From assembly GCA_036394755.1 (NCBI GenBank), contig DASWEL010000002.1, positions 73,166 through 137,165 on the forward strand: a stretch of DNA of 64,000 bases, written 5' to 3'. The translations under genes were made by a program, and so were the position numbers. The DNA is from Gemmatimonadales bacterium (GTDB lineage: Bacteria; Gemmatimonadota; Gemmatimonadetes; Gemmatimonadales; GWC2-71-9). Each line of letters begins with the position of its first letter. The stretch's first letter is position 1. Below the pieces are notes generated by a model, which had not been told where the DNA came from, did no database searches, and saw only the letters and a list, made by a program, of their open reading frames with translations. Shown piece by piece: positions 9,395 through 18,012 of the stretch.

Positions 9395-9843
9395 TTTCCG
9401 GCCGCTACCCCGGCGATTTGATAGACCTGTGGCTCGGCATGCAGCAGATCGGCGAGGTTGACGCCGGCGAGCACTTCGTCGATGCGCCGCTGGAGGAGGC
9501 GCCAGACGGGACGAATGCTGCAGGCGGTCGCCGGATCGCAGCGCTCTTCGTCCACTCGGTGCACGTCGCAGTTCACCTCGAACGTCACGTGTTCGGATGC
9601 CTCGATGACGTCCTTCACACTCACGGCCCGAGGCTCGCGCGCCAGCATGTAGCCGCCGCGGGCGCCTCGGACTGACTCGACCAGGCCGGCCCGGCGGAGC
9701 CGCAGCAGGATCTGTTCGACGTAGTCGTGGGGGAGACGTTCCTGTTCGGACAGCTCGCGGGCGGCGACAGGACCCTCGCCCGCATGCCTGGCCAGATGGA
9801 TCGAAACGATTAAACCGTATTCCGCCCAGGTCGTAACGCGCAT
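9391..9843 (-). CDS. Rrf2-family transcriptional regulator
   Basis: wHTH ...VAARELSEQERLPHDYVEQILLRLRRAGLVESVRGARGGYMLAR...; three C-terminal Cys that could hold an Fe-S cluster. Confidence 0.85.
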   Translation of the reverse strand: MRVTTWAEYGLIVSIHLARHAGEGPVAARELSEQERLPHDYVEQILLRLRRAGLVESVRGARGGYMLAREPRAVSVKDVIEASEHVTFEVNCDVHRVDEERCDPATACSIRPVWRLLQRRIDEVLAGVNLADLLHAEPQVYQIAGVAAGN

Positions 9844-9874
9844 GGGGGGAATATGCGACAGACGTTATCGGGAT

Positions 9875-10921
9875 TCAATGGCTCGCTTGATGCTCGAGCC
9901 GGGGGCTCAGACTGGCAGCCACCTGTACGATGAACGCATTGCGGTTGTTCGGATTATTACGCTGCATCCACAGGACACGCGCGTTGACGTTCGTCATCAG
10001 GGTCCGGCCACTGAAGATGTCGGCGCCGAGCCCGCCGTGTGCACCCTGGGCGACGCCGCGATCATTTCCGATCTGCGGGAAGCCCGCGAGCAAGACCCCG
10101 AGCTCGGCGTAAAAGCGTCCCCAAGCGGGATGCAGCGAAGGCTCATATCCCGGGGCGAACAGGATCGCGTACGGAGCACAATTCCCCGTGCAGCCCGTCT
10201 TCACGCGCAACGGCGCGTAATCGATCTGCAGACCCAGCGACCCACCCTTCTTTTGCTCGCGGCGGAAGCGGACGCCAAAGGTCGGGCCCCGCCCCTCCAG
10301 CGCTCCACTGAGCGGTGCCAGCACGCCGACTGCCGGTCCGAGCGTGCCGTTCAGCAACTGCGTCTTCTTGTTCGGGCTCCCGAACGCGAACGACACGTTG
10401 GCGCGCCCTTCGAGCGCTTTGATGGCGCTGTTCGGAACCTGAAAGAATCGTCCCTCGACGAGGGCCGTGGCCTGCCTGCCGAGATCTACGCGCACGCCGA
10501 GACCAAAGCCCAATCCCAGCTCATTGGTCGTCTGGGCGGACATGTTGCAGCCCCCCAACAATGGGAACTGGAGCAGCGGATCCTGGTCGAGCACCCGCGC
10601 CAACCCAACGGCGCTCGACGCGAATGGCGCGATGCCTTTCGCACCGATGGGATAGTAGTTCGACTCGAACCCGACAAACGTCAGCTGACGAACGCAGTTG
10701 CTGCTCGAGAGATTGCCGTAGCGGGAGATCCCGGCGCCGATCTCGCCGTCGTCGCCGGAGAGAAAGGCGAGAGTGCCGCCGAACGACGTGAAGGATTGGC
10801 TGCCGCCGGCACCGTCTTCGATCGAGATGGATGAGACCGTGGGACCGATGCGGGCGCGGCGCTGCGCCGCGGCGTTGCCGGCAACTGCGAGCGCGATGAC
10901 GACCATCGTCAGGGTACGCAT
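9875..10921 (-). CDS. Hypothetical outer-membrane beta-barrel-like protein
   Basis: Signal peptide MRTLTMVVIALAVAGNAAAQ; Gly/aromatic alternating beta-strand pattern. Confidence 0.6.
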   Translation of the reverse strand: MRTLTMVVIALAVAGNAAAQRRARIGPTVSSISIEDGAGGSQSFTSFGGTLAFLSGDDGEIGAGISRYGNLSSSNCVRQLTFVGFESNYYPIGAKGIAPFASSAVGLARVLDQDPLLQFPLLGGCNMSAQTTNELGLGFGLGVRVDLGRQATALVEGRFFQVPNSAIKALEGRANVSFAFGSPNKKTQLLNGTLGPAVGVLAPLSGALEGRGPTFGVRFRREQKKGGSLGLQIDYAPLRVKTGCTGNCAPYAILFAPGYEPSLHPAWGRFYAELGVLLAGFPQIGNDRGVAQGAHGGLGADIFSGRTLMTNVNARVLWMQRNNPNNRNAFIVQVAASLSPRLEHQASH

Positions 10922-10967
10922 GAAGGAAATTTCTACCCATTCGCGCTCGCGGGTGCCGTGACTACGG

Positions 10968-11384
10968 TCACTTCATGAGTAGACCGACCACGATGCCGGC
11001 TGCATTCATGCGAATCAGCCAGGCCCAGCAGGTCGCCATCTGTAACGACTTCGCTTTGACGTACCAGACGCTGCTGCCGAGCATGGCGAGACAAATCGGA
11101 AGCCACAGCACCGTCGCGAATTCCATTCCCGCGAAGACGCCTCCGCCCTGAACCCACAGCGCGCCGCGAAAGCGGGCGTAGAGCCAGGCGAGCAGCACGC
11201 CGAACACCAGCGCCAGTATCGCCGACTTCGCCATCGCGGGACCCATGAAGCGCTTCATCTCCTCGGGCGTCATCTGCTGAGCGAACGCTTCCATCCCGGT
11301 GGTGAACACCTTGCTCCACAGGACCCAGTCGACCAGGTACGCGACGACGCCCGCGATCAGACCGGCAACGATCCAGCTGTTCAT
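10968..11384 (-). CDS. Small integral membrane protein (DUF1761-like by eye)
   Basis: 138 aa, 4 hydrophobic segments, MNSWIVAGLIAGVVAYLVDWVLWSKVF... Confidence 0.55.
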   Translation of the reverse strand: MNSWIVAGLIAGVVAYLVDWVLWSKVFTTGMEAFAQQMTPEEMKRFMGPAMAKSAILALVFGVLLAWLYARFRGALWVQGGGVFAGMEFATVLWLPICLAMLGSSVWYVKAKSLQMATCWAWLIRMNAAGIVVGLLMK

Positions 11385-11406
11385 AGGTGCGTCTCCGATA
11401 TGAGAG

Positions 11407-12864
11407 TTATTTGCGCTCGCCCGGCACGCCCAGCTCCGTCATCGCCCGCAAATCCAGGACCTCGTCGAGCTCCTTTCCTTTCAGGATTCCTTTCTCCATC
11501 ACCAGCTGCCGTACGGTGACGTTCTTCGCGACAGCTTCCTTCGCCAGTTTCGCGGCCTCCGCATACCCGATCTTGGGCGCGAGGGCGGTGACGAGCGCCG
11601 GACTGCGCTCGAGCCAATGCGCCGCCTGGGTCGGGTCGGCTTCGATCCCCTCGACGCAGCGCTCCGACAGCACGCGCGTCGCGTTGGTGAGAATGGTCAT
11701 CGAGAACAACAGATTGTGTGCGATGACCGGCATCATCACGTTGAGCTCGAGCTGTCCCGCCTCCGCGGCCGCGGTCACGGTCACGTCGTTCCCGATCACC
11801 TGGAAGCAGACCTGATTCACCATTTCGGGGATGGACGGATTCACTTTCCCGGGCATGATGCTGGAGCCCGGCTGCACCGCCGGCAGGACGATCTCGGCGA
11901 GACCGGTGCGCGGTCCGGACGCCAACAGCCGCAGGTCGCTCGAGATCTTGCCGAGATCGGCGGCGTAGGTGCGCACGGCACCGGAGAAGGCCGTCGCGTC
12001 GCCCATCGACTGCATCAGCTGCACGCGATCCTTCCCCTCGCGCAGCTCGAGTCTCGTCATTGCGCGCAGGTGCTTGATCATCAACGCCGGATATTGCGGC
12101 TCGGCGTTGAGTCCGGTGCCCACGGCCGTTCCGCCGATCCCCAGGTCGCGCAGGTCGTCCGCCGTGCGCGCGATTCGGTCGCGGTTGCGCTCAACCGTGT
12201 GTCCGTACGCCGCAAATTCCTGGCCGAGCCGGATCGGCGTGGCATCCTGCAAGTGCGTGCGCCCCGACTTCACGATCCCGTCGAATGCCTTGCCCTTGCC
12301 CGCGAACGCGCGCGCGAGGCGTGTGAGCGACTCGATCAACGCGGCCAGTTGCATCAAGGCGCCGAGGCGGATCGCCGTGGGGATCACGTCGTTCGTCGAT
12401 TGCGCCATGTTGACGTGATCGTTCGGATGCACCGGCTTGTATTCGCCGCGCTTCCCGCCCAGCAGCTCGTTGGCGCGATTCGCGAGCACCTCGTTGCAAT
12501 TCATGTTGTGTGAGGTGCCGGCCCCCGCCTGGTACGGATCGACGACGAACTGCTCGCGATGCCCGCCGGCGAGCACCTCGTCCGCGGCCTTGACGATGGC
12601 GTCCGCGAGTTTGGCGTCCAGGCGGCCAGTTTCCTTGTGCGTCAGGGCGGCGGCTTTCTTGATCAGGATGACGGCGTCGACGAAGGCGGTGAGGGGTCGG
12701 AGGTTGGAGATCGGGAAGTTCTGCCGCGCGCGTTCAGTCTGGATGCCCCACAGCGCCTCCGCGGGCACGGGCATCTCGCCCAGCGGATCACGCTCGATGC
12801 GCGTCTGATTCATTTGATTCACCGCCGTCACCATCCCGTTAGTCTCGAGCCAAGAATCGCCCAT
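11407..12864 (-). CDS. aspA: Aspartate ammonia-lyase
   Basis: ...GSSIMPGKVNPSIPEMVNQVCFQVIGNDVTVTAAAEAGQLELNVMMPVI... matches the AspA rather than the FumC variant of the lyase-1 signature; ATG at 12864 chosen (clears upstream stop at 12879); later ATGs at 12834 and 12813 possible. Confidence 0.85.
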   Translation of the reverse strand: MGDSWLETNGMVTAVNQMNQTRIERDPLGEMPVPAEALWGIQTERARQNFPISNLRPLTAFVDAVILIKKAAALTHKETGRLDAKLADAIVKAADEVLAGGHREQFVVDPYQAGAGTSHNMNCNEVLANRANELLGGKRGEYKPVHPNDHVNMAQSTNDVIPTAIRLGALMQLAALIESLTRLARAFAGKGKAFDGIVKSGRTHLQDATPIRLGQEFAAYGHTVERNRDRIARTADDLRDLGIGGTAVGTGLNAEPQYPALMIKHLRAMTRLELREGKDRVQLMQSMGDATAFSGAVRTYAADLGKISSDLRLLASGPRTGLAEIVLPAVQPGSSIMPGKVNPSIPEMVNQVCFQVIGNDVTVTAAAEAGQLELNVMMPVIAHNLLFSMTILTNATRVLSERCVEGIEADPTQAAHWLERSPALVTALAPKIGYAEAAKLAKEAVAKNVTVRQLVMEKGILKGKELDEVLDLRAMTELGVPGERK

Positions 12865-12878
12865 GGAATCGGTCCTCG

Positions 12879-13745
12879 CTAGCGCCGCCGGAACCAACCG
12901 ACGGTAAACAGCTCTTTCGCCGCCCTCGCCCCGTGCGTCCGCACCAGCAGGTACATGCCCAGAACCGTCAGCACGATCGTCGTGTAGAACCGCCACTCCA
13001 ACAGCATCATCACTTGATGCCCCGGGCCGAAATCGCCGGCGAACCCCGAGAGAAACGCGACCTCGATGCCGCCACCGCCCGACGGCAACGGCACGACGAG
13101 CGGCGCATGCAGGAGAGCGAGCGAGCCAAAGAACATCACGCTGAACGGTGGTGCGCCCGGGTGACCCCAGCCGAGCGCCGGCAATATCAGCGCGCGCGCG
13201 GCAAGACTAATGACCGTGAGCAGCGCGCCCACGAACAACACCCACCACGGCGCCCGCCGGACGTGCGCCAACGCGACGCGCCATTGCCGCCGCACCCGAT
13301 GCCGGATCGCACCAGGCCGCACCAGCCGCTGTAGCGCCCAGATGACGATCAGCACCACGAGGACGATGAGCTCGATGCCCAGCAGGTCGCGGGCCAGACT
13401 GTGAGACAGGAACCGGTCCGCCGCCTGACTCCAGTCGGGGACGTAGTAGGCGGCGAGCGCGAGCGCGACGATGCCGAACACCGGCCACTCGGCCGCGACT
13501 TCCACGCCGAGCGCCACGAGCGCGGTGACCACGCGCAGCCCGGACCACGTCATGCCGAGGAAGCGCGCGGGCTCTCCGCCCAGTCGGTTCGGAGTGAAGG
13601 TCGACGCGGCCTCGCCGTACAGGTTCAAGCGCAGCGCATCACGAAACTCGAGTCGGCCACCTGCTGCCCAACTGGCGAGCTGAATGCGCCACGCCCGCGC
13701 GACGCAGTCTACGGCCAGCAGCAGAATGGCGAGAGCGTGATTCAA
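12879..13745 (-). CDS. Lysylphosphatidylglycerol-synthase-TM-region-like (UPF0104) membrane protein
   Basis: Multi-TM; ...YGEAASTFTPNRLGGEPARFLGM...; start moved to the TTG at 13743-13745 because the first 33 codons of the track ORF have low GC3 (19/33, hand count). Confidence 0.65.
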   Translation of the reverse strand: MNHALAILLLAVDCVARAWRIQLASWAAGGRLEFRDALRLNLYGEAASTFTPNRLGGEPARFLGMTWSGLRVVTALVALGVEVAAEWPVFGIVALALAAYYVPDWSQAADRFLSHSLARDLLGIELIVLVVLIVIWALQRLVRPGAIRHRVRRQWRVALAHVRRAPWWVLFVGALLTVISLAARALILPALGWGHPGAPPFSVMFFGSLALLHAPLVVPLPSGGGGIEVAFLSGFAGDFGPGHQVMMLLEWRFYTTIVLTVLGMYLLVRTHGARAAKELFTVGWFRRR

Positions 13746-13930
13746 TCGGAGCAATCGCCGAGCGGATAGAGGAACCCGCAATTCCCACACGGGTTCTTGC
13801 AGCCCCAGGGCTTCGGCTGAACCTCGGCGCCGCACCGCAGGCACCGCGGCCGCGGCTTAGCCGATCCGGGAGACGCGGGTGAGGAAGGGATTGGTTTGGC
13901 GCTCCCGTCCGATGGTCGTTTCGGGTCCAT
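13742..13930 (-). CDS. Cysteine-rich micro-protein (zinc-ribbon-like), 62 aa
   Basis: ...RCLRCGAEVQPKPWGCKNPCGNCGFLYPLGDCSD; GC3 31/37 in the C-terminal part (hand count); its TGA overlaps the TTG start of the downstream membrane gene (TTGA); start uncertain (ATG 13930 or 13954, both inside the MBL gene). Confidence 0.45.
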   Translation of the reverse strand: MDPKRPSDGSAKPIPSSPASPGSAKPRPRCLRCGAEVQPKPWGCKNPCGNCGFLYPLGDCSD

Positions 13931-14498
13931 GTCCACTGTAGAGGATGGTATCATCGGGGAGCGGGAGCAACTCGCGCTCGATACTCGCGATTAGGGTCTC
14001 GAAATCAGCACCGGGCAGGTCGGTCCGGCCAATCGATCCGGCGAACAGGACGTCACCGCTGAACGCGACTCCCGGCCCGACCAGGCATACGCTTCCCGGC
14101 GAGTGACCGGGCGCATGCCGGACCTCGAAGCTCAAACCACCGGCCGTCACCCGCGTGCCGTGCGCCAAGTTCTGATCGGGGGCAGGCAGCGGTTCCGGCG
14201 GCTCGAGCCCAAACCACGCGGCCTGGTCCGGCACCGCGTCATAAAGAGGCCGGTCGGCGGGATGGAGCCAAACGGGAGCGCCCGTCTCCGCCGCGATCCT
14301 CGCCACGCCGAGGACATGGTCGATGTGCGCATGCGTCAGCCAAATGGCGACCGGCTTCGCGCCCGTTTCCTCGACCTTGTGCAGGATCAACCCGGCCTCT
14401 TCGCCGGGATCCACGATGGCGCACTCGTCGGCCCGTTCATCGACGACGAGATAGCAGTTCTCGGCGAACATGCCGTTGGGAATCGGAACGATCTTCAC
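13857..14498 (-). CDS. MBL-fold metallo-hydrolase (hydroxyacylglutathione hydrolase-like)
   Basis: ...WLTHAHIDHV... HxHxDH motif plus downstream His/Asp ligands, 213 aa. Confidence 0.85.
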   Translation of the reverse strand: MKIVPIPNGMFAENCYLVVDERADECAIVDPGEEAGLILHKVEETGAKPVAIWLTHAHIDHVLGVARIAAETGAPVWLHPADRPLYDAVPDQAAWFGLEPPEPLPAPDQNLAHGTRVTAGGLSFEVRHAPGHSPGSVCLVGPGVAFSGDVLFAGSIGRTDLPGADFETLIASIERELLPLPDDTILYSGHGPETTIGRERQTNPFLTRVSRIG

Positions 14499-15466
14499 TT
14501 CGTGCCTTTGCCGTCGCCCTGCTGCTCGCGCAGCGCCGTGAGGTACTTCTCGACCGCGATCGCCGCGGTCGTCGCGTCGCCCACCGCCGTCGTGATCTGC
14601 CGGGTGACCTGGCTGCGCACGTCGCCCGCGGCGAACAGTCCTGCCATCGACGTCATCATGCGATTGTCGGTGATGAGATAGCCGCCGGCATCGTGGTCCA
14701 CGTGGCCTTCGACCAGCTGGGTATTGGGCTTGAACCCTGCGAAGATGAACACTCCGCCGACGTCCAGATTCGAGCGTGCACCAGTCGCGTTGTCCTCGAG
14801 CACCGCATGGGTGACGCCCTTCACGTTCCCGACGATCTCGGGCACGACGGTGTTGCGAATGACCTCGATCTTGGCGTTCGCAAAAGCGCGCTCCTGCAGC
14901 AGCTTGGAGGCGCGGAATTCGTCGCGGCGGTGTACCAGGTGCACCTTGCTCGCGTAGCGCGTGAGGTAGTCGGCTTCCTCGACCGCGGCGTCGCCGCCCC
15001 CGACGACGGCGAGGCGCTCACCCTTGAAGAACGCGCCGTCGCACACCGCGCAATACGAGACGCCCTTTCCCGCATACTCTCGTTCGCCCGGCACGCCGAG
15101 CTTGATGGGTGTTCCGCCGGCGGTGAGGATCACCGCCTGGCTGCGGTAGGTGTCGCCTCGGGCGGTCTGCACGTCGAACCAGCCGTCGGCGTCCCTGCCG
15201 ATCCGCTCGACCGTATCGGTCACGATCTCGGCCCCGAACTTCTTGGCGTGCTCGGTCATCTTCTGCGCCAGCTCCCAGCCCTTGATGCTCTCGAAGCCGA
15301 TGTAGTCTTCGATGAGATCGGTATTGAGCAGCTCTCCACCCGGCGCGCCGCGCTCGATCGTGACCGCGTTCAGCATACCGCGGTGCGCGTACAGCGCGGC
15401 ACACAGCCCCGCCGGGCCTGCGCCCACGATGACCACGTCGTAGATGAGTGCGGTACGGTTCGTCAT
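14495..15466 (-). CDS. trxB: Thioredoxin-disulfide reductase
   Basis: ...VIVGAGPAGL..., redox CAVCDG, ...VVGGGDAAVEEA..., ...GLFAAGD... Confidence 0.9.
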   Translation of the reverse strand: MTNRTALIYDVVIVGAGPAGLCAALYAHRGMLNAVTIERGAPGGELLNTDLIEDYIGFESIKGWELAQKMTEHAKKFGAEIVTDTVERIGRDADGWFDVQTARGDTYRSQAVILTAGGTPIKLGVPGEREYAGKGVSYCAVCDGAFFKGERLAVVGGGDAAVEEADYLTRYASKVHLVHRRDEFRASKLLQERAFANAKIEVIRNTVVPEIVGNVKGVTHAVLEDNATGARSNLDVGGVFIFAGFKPNTQLVEGHVDHDAGGYLITDNRMMTSMAGLFAAGDVRSQVTRQITTAVGDATTAAIAVEKYLTALREQQGDGKGTK

Positions 15467-15807
15467 GCGTCCCGGAATTCCAGTCGCGGGGGGTCACCCT
15501 CCCCCGAAAGGGCGCGCGCCAGATGCGCACGAAACGTTACGGTTTCGAATTCAATGTCGGATCGCTGCGGCCCGGCCAGTTTCTCCAGCGCCGCCGCTCC
15601 AACGACGACGGTGCCGTGACGGTTCCCGCGGGCCTGATGCAGCAGCGCTGCGGCGGCTTGAATGAGACCCTGCCACACGCGTGCCTCCTCTTCCTTAATA
15701 ATAGAACGCCAGACTGTTTCCAACGCTTCGTGAGCCAACCAATACTCCCCAGAATTGAATAGCTCACGGGCGTGCTCTAGGTACCGGCGGCGGTCCTCTG
15801 GATTCAC
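15463..15807 (-). CDS. DUF309 domain protein
   Basis: ...YLEHARELFNSGEYWLAHEALETVWR...WQGLIQAAAALLHQARGN...; GTG at 15805-15807 overlaps upstream stop (GTGA); track start at 15870 is probably an extension. Confidence 0.7.
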   Translation of the reverse strand: MNPEDRRRYLEHARELFNSGEYWLAHEALETVWRSIIKEEEARVWQGLIQAAAALLHQARGNRHGTVVVGAAALEKLAGPQRSDIEFETVTFRAHLARALSGEGDPPRLEFRDA

Positions 15808-16544
15808 GTGCGTCGTGCGTCGTGCGTGGTGCGTGGACCCAGTTGCAGCAGGTTCAGCGCCCCATGACAACTGGATATCGTCCCGATAAGAATCTCGGCC
15901 GGGGCGCTGTCCGCACCCGCTTCCTCGACCAATCTGTCACCGGCGCGCACGGCATCTGCGGCGAACATGCCGACGCCAAAAACCTGATGCTTGCATACGA
16001 ACAATGCCGGCCCGGTCAGCGGCCGGCCCGAGGCACGCAACCGCGCCGCCAGCTCGCGCACCGAATCCGCCATCTCCCAAGTGCGCGGGGCGCCGATGGC
16101 CGGACACAACGCCGGCTCGATGCAATGCGTTGGACAGATCCAGTCCGCCCAGGAGACGTAGCGGGTGTGATCCGCTCTGCTCGGTCGGTCGTACGGCGTC
16201 GGGAAGTCTCCGGGGACCGGTTCGACCGAAACGGCGCGGTTCGGCCAGCGAGTGCGCGCGCGCCGCAGAACCCATTCGAACATCAGGTGCGGCATGTGGG
16301 GGGAGGGGACAATCTGATCGTCGGTCGGACGGTCGGACGGTCGGACGGTCAAAAACCCTTCAAAGAAATCCGCCCAATCTGAGACCACAAACGTGCGATC
16401 AGGAGCCGCTCCAAGCTCGCGTCTCGCCTGGCACTCCGGATTCCGATCCACCACCAGCACGGTGCGATAGTCAGTCTTCCCGCGCGCCTTGGCCTTCGCG
16501 AGCTGGGACGCGTAAAAGGTGCCATAGCATCCCCCGCCGACCAC
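15804..16544 (-). CDS. Uncharacterised protein with dinucleotide-binding-like N-terminus and Cys cluster
   Basis: (V)VGGGCYGTFYASQLAKA...; WICPTHCIEPALCP cluster; GTG 16542-16544 with GAGGG 8 nt upstream; the upstream 272 codons of the 518-aa track ORF overlap the SDR gene. Confidence 0.6.
   Translation of the reverse strand: MVGGGCYGTFYASQLAKAKARGKTDYRTVLVVDRNPECQARRELGAAPDRTFVVSDWADFFEGFLTVRPSDRPTDDQIVPSPHMPHLMFEWVLRRARTRWPNRAVSVEPVPGDFPTPYDRPSRADHTRYVSWADWICPTHCIEPALCPAIGAPRTWEMADSVRELAARLRASGRPLTGPALFVCKHQVFGVGMFAADAVRAGDRLVEEAGADSAPAEILIGTISSCHGALNLLQLGPRTTHDARRT
15807..15836. repeat. Tandem heptamer CGT(C/G)GTG, about 4 copies
   Basis: cgtg cgtcgtg cgtcgtg cgtggtg cgtgg at the junction of the 246-aa gene and the DUF309 gene. 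Confidence 0.9.
16323..16350. repeat. Tandem octamer GGTCGGAC x3.5
   Basis: ggtcggac ggtcggac ggtcggac ggtc inside the 246-aa gene. Confidence 0.9.
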
Positions 16545-16555
16545 GACGACGTCCC

Positions 16556-17287
16556 TCAGCGGATGAGTCTCCCTCCGTCGACGACCAGCACGGTACCCGT
16601 GACATAGTCGGTGCCGGCCAGGAGGAACCGCACCGCGGCGACGACATCGTCCGGGGACCCCAGACGCTCCAGCGGTGTCGTGGTGCGAATATGCTCTCGC
16701 GCCTTCTCGTCCCAGTCCTCCGGCAGGAGCACCGCGCCCGGTGCGACGCCATTGACGGCGACGTCCGGAGCCAGCGCCCGAGCCAGCGCTTTGGTCAGCA
16801 TGATGACGCCGGCTTTGCTGACGCAGTGCGGGACATAGGCCGGCCACGGCTCCATTCCCGCGATGTCGGCGATGTTCACGATCTTCCCCTTGGCGCGTCG
16901 CAGATGCGGGACGGCACCCTGCGAGACGAAAAACATCGCGCGCAGGTTGAGGTCGAGCGTCGCATCCCAGCTCCCGGGGGTCACGGTCTCCACCGGTTCG
17001 CGCACCATGATCGCGGCCGAGTTGATCACGACGTCGAGGCGTTTCAGGGCGCGGGCGGCCTGATCCGCGAGCCCGCGCGCGGCGGCGGCGTCGGTGAGAT
17101 CGGCCTGCAACAGCTCGGCGCGGCGACGCGCGCTCCGCACGGCTCGCGCGGTCTCCTCCGCACCCTTCGCCGAGCCGTGGTAGTGGATCGCCACGTCGCA
17201 GCCGGACTGTGCCAATCCGATCGCGATCGCCTGCCCGATCCGCGACCCGGCTCCAGTGACCAGCGCGGCTGCGCCCTCGAGCTGCAC
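16556..17287 (-). CDS. Short-chain dehydrogenase/reductase
   Basis: ...ALVTGAGSRIGQAIA... Rossmann motif, ...VVINSAA...; 243 aa. Confidence 0.85.
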   Translation of the reverse strand: MQLEGAAALVTGAGSRIGQAIAIGLAQSGCDVAIHYHGSAKGAEETARAVRSARRRAELLQADLTDAAAARGLADQAARALKRLDVVINSAAIMVREPVETVTPGSWDATLDLNLRAMFFVSQGAVPHLRRAKGKIVNIADIAGMEPWPAYVPHCVSKAGVIMLTKALARALAPDVAVNGVAPGAVLLPEDWDEKAREHIRTTTPLERLGSPDDVVAAVRFLLAGTDYVTGTVLVVDGGRLIR

Positions 17288-18012
17288 TAGTACGCTTTTC
17301 CGGTGATGGGGACGATCTGCCCGGTGATCGCGCTGGCTTCGTTGCTGGCGAGGAAGGCAACGGTGTTCACCACGTCGTCCAGCTCAACGAACGGTGTTTT
17401 GGAGTCCCCCATCTGCGCGACATTGTCCGCCGTCCGGACGGTCGCAGGCGCAACGGCGTTGACGCGGATGTCGGCGTCGCGATACTCGCGCGCCAGCTCG
17501 CGGGTGAGCCCGGCGACCGCCGATTTCGCCGCACTGTAGGCCGACATGTGCATGACGGGCCGGACCACCGCGATCGATGCGAAGTTGACGATGGATCCGC
17601 CACCTCGCGCGAGCAGCAACGGCACGGCTGCCTGGCACATGTAGAACGCAGTCTTGAAATTGACAGCCAGCTCGCGGTCGAGGATCTCGGCCTTCACTTC
17701 GGTGAACGGCCCGTAGCTGAAGAATCCCCCCGCCACGTTCACGAGGATATCGAGGCCTCCGTACTGCGCCTGCGCCGCGGCCGCCGCCGCGCGCCCGGCC
17801 TCGGGTTGGGTCAAGTCGCCGGCGGACGCTTTGGCGGTAATCCCTTCCGCCGCGAACTCCTTGATGCGGTCCGCGAGCCCTACGGCGTTGACGTCGGCGA
17901 GCAACAACTTGGCACCGGCGCGCCCCAAGCCGCGCGCCACCGCGTGGCCGATTTGCCCGACGCGGCCCACGCCCGTGACGAGCGCGACTTTCCCGCGCAG
18001 GTCAGGGGGCAC
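17287..18012 (-). CDS. Short-chain dehydrogenase/reductase (FabG-like)
   Basis: ...ALVTGVGRVGQIGHAVA..., ...LVNVAGG..., catalytic YSAAK. Confidence 0.85.
   Translation of the reverse strand: MPPDLRGKVALVTGVGRVGQIGHAVARGLGRAGAKLLLADVNAVGLADRIKEFAAEGITAKASAGDLTQPEAGRAAAAAAQAQYGGLDILVNVAGGFFSYGPFTEVKAEILDRELAVNFKTAFYMCQAAVPLLLARGGGSIVNFASIAVVRPVMHMSAYSAAKSAVAGLTRELAREYRDADIRVNAVAPATVRTADNVAQMGDSKTPFVELDDVVNTVAFLASNEASAITGQIVPITGKAY

Noticed and set aside
12865-12996. 44-codon N-terminal extension of aspA in the track ORF
   Set aside because: It would overlap the upstream gene's 3' end by 118 nt and is Gly/Arg/Ala-rich. AspA homology starts after the ATG at 12864.
16545-17360. N-terminal 272 codons of the 518-aa track ORF (15804..17360)
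   Set aside because: They overlap the SDR gene (16556..17287) in another frame and are Arg/Gly/Pro-rich nonsense. A GTG with SD at 16544 gives a coherent protein.
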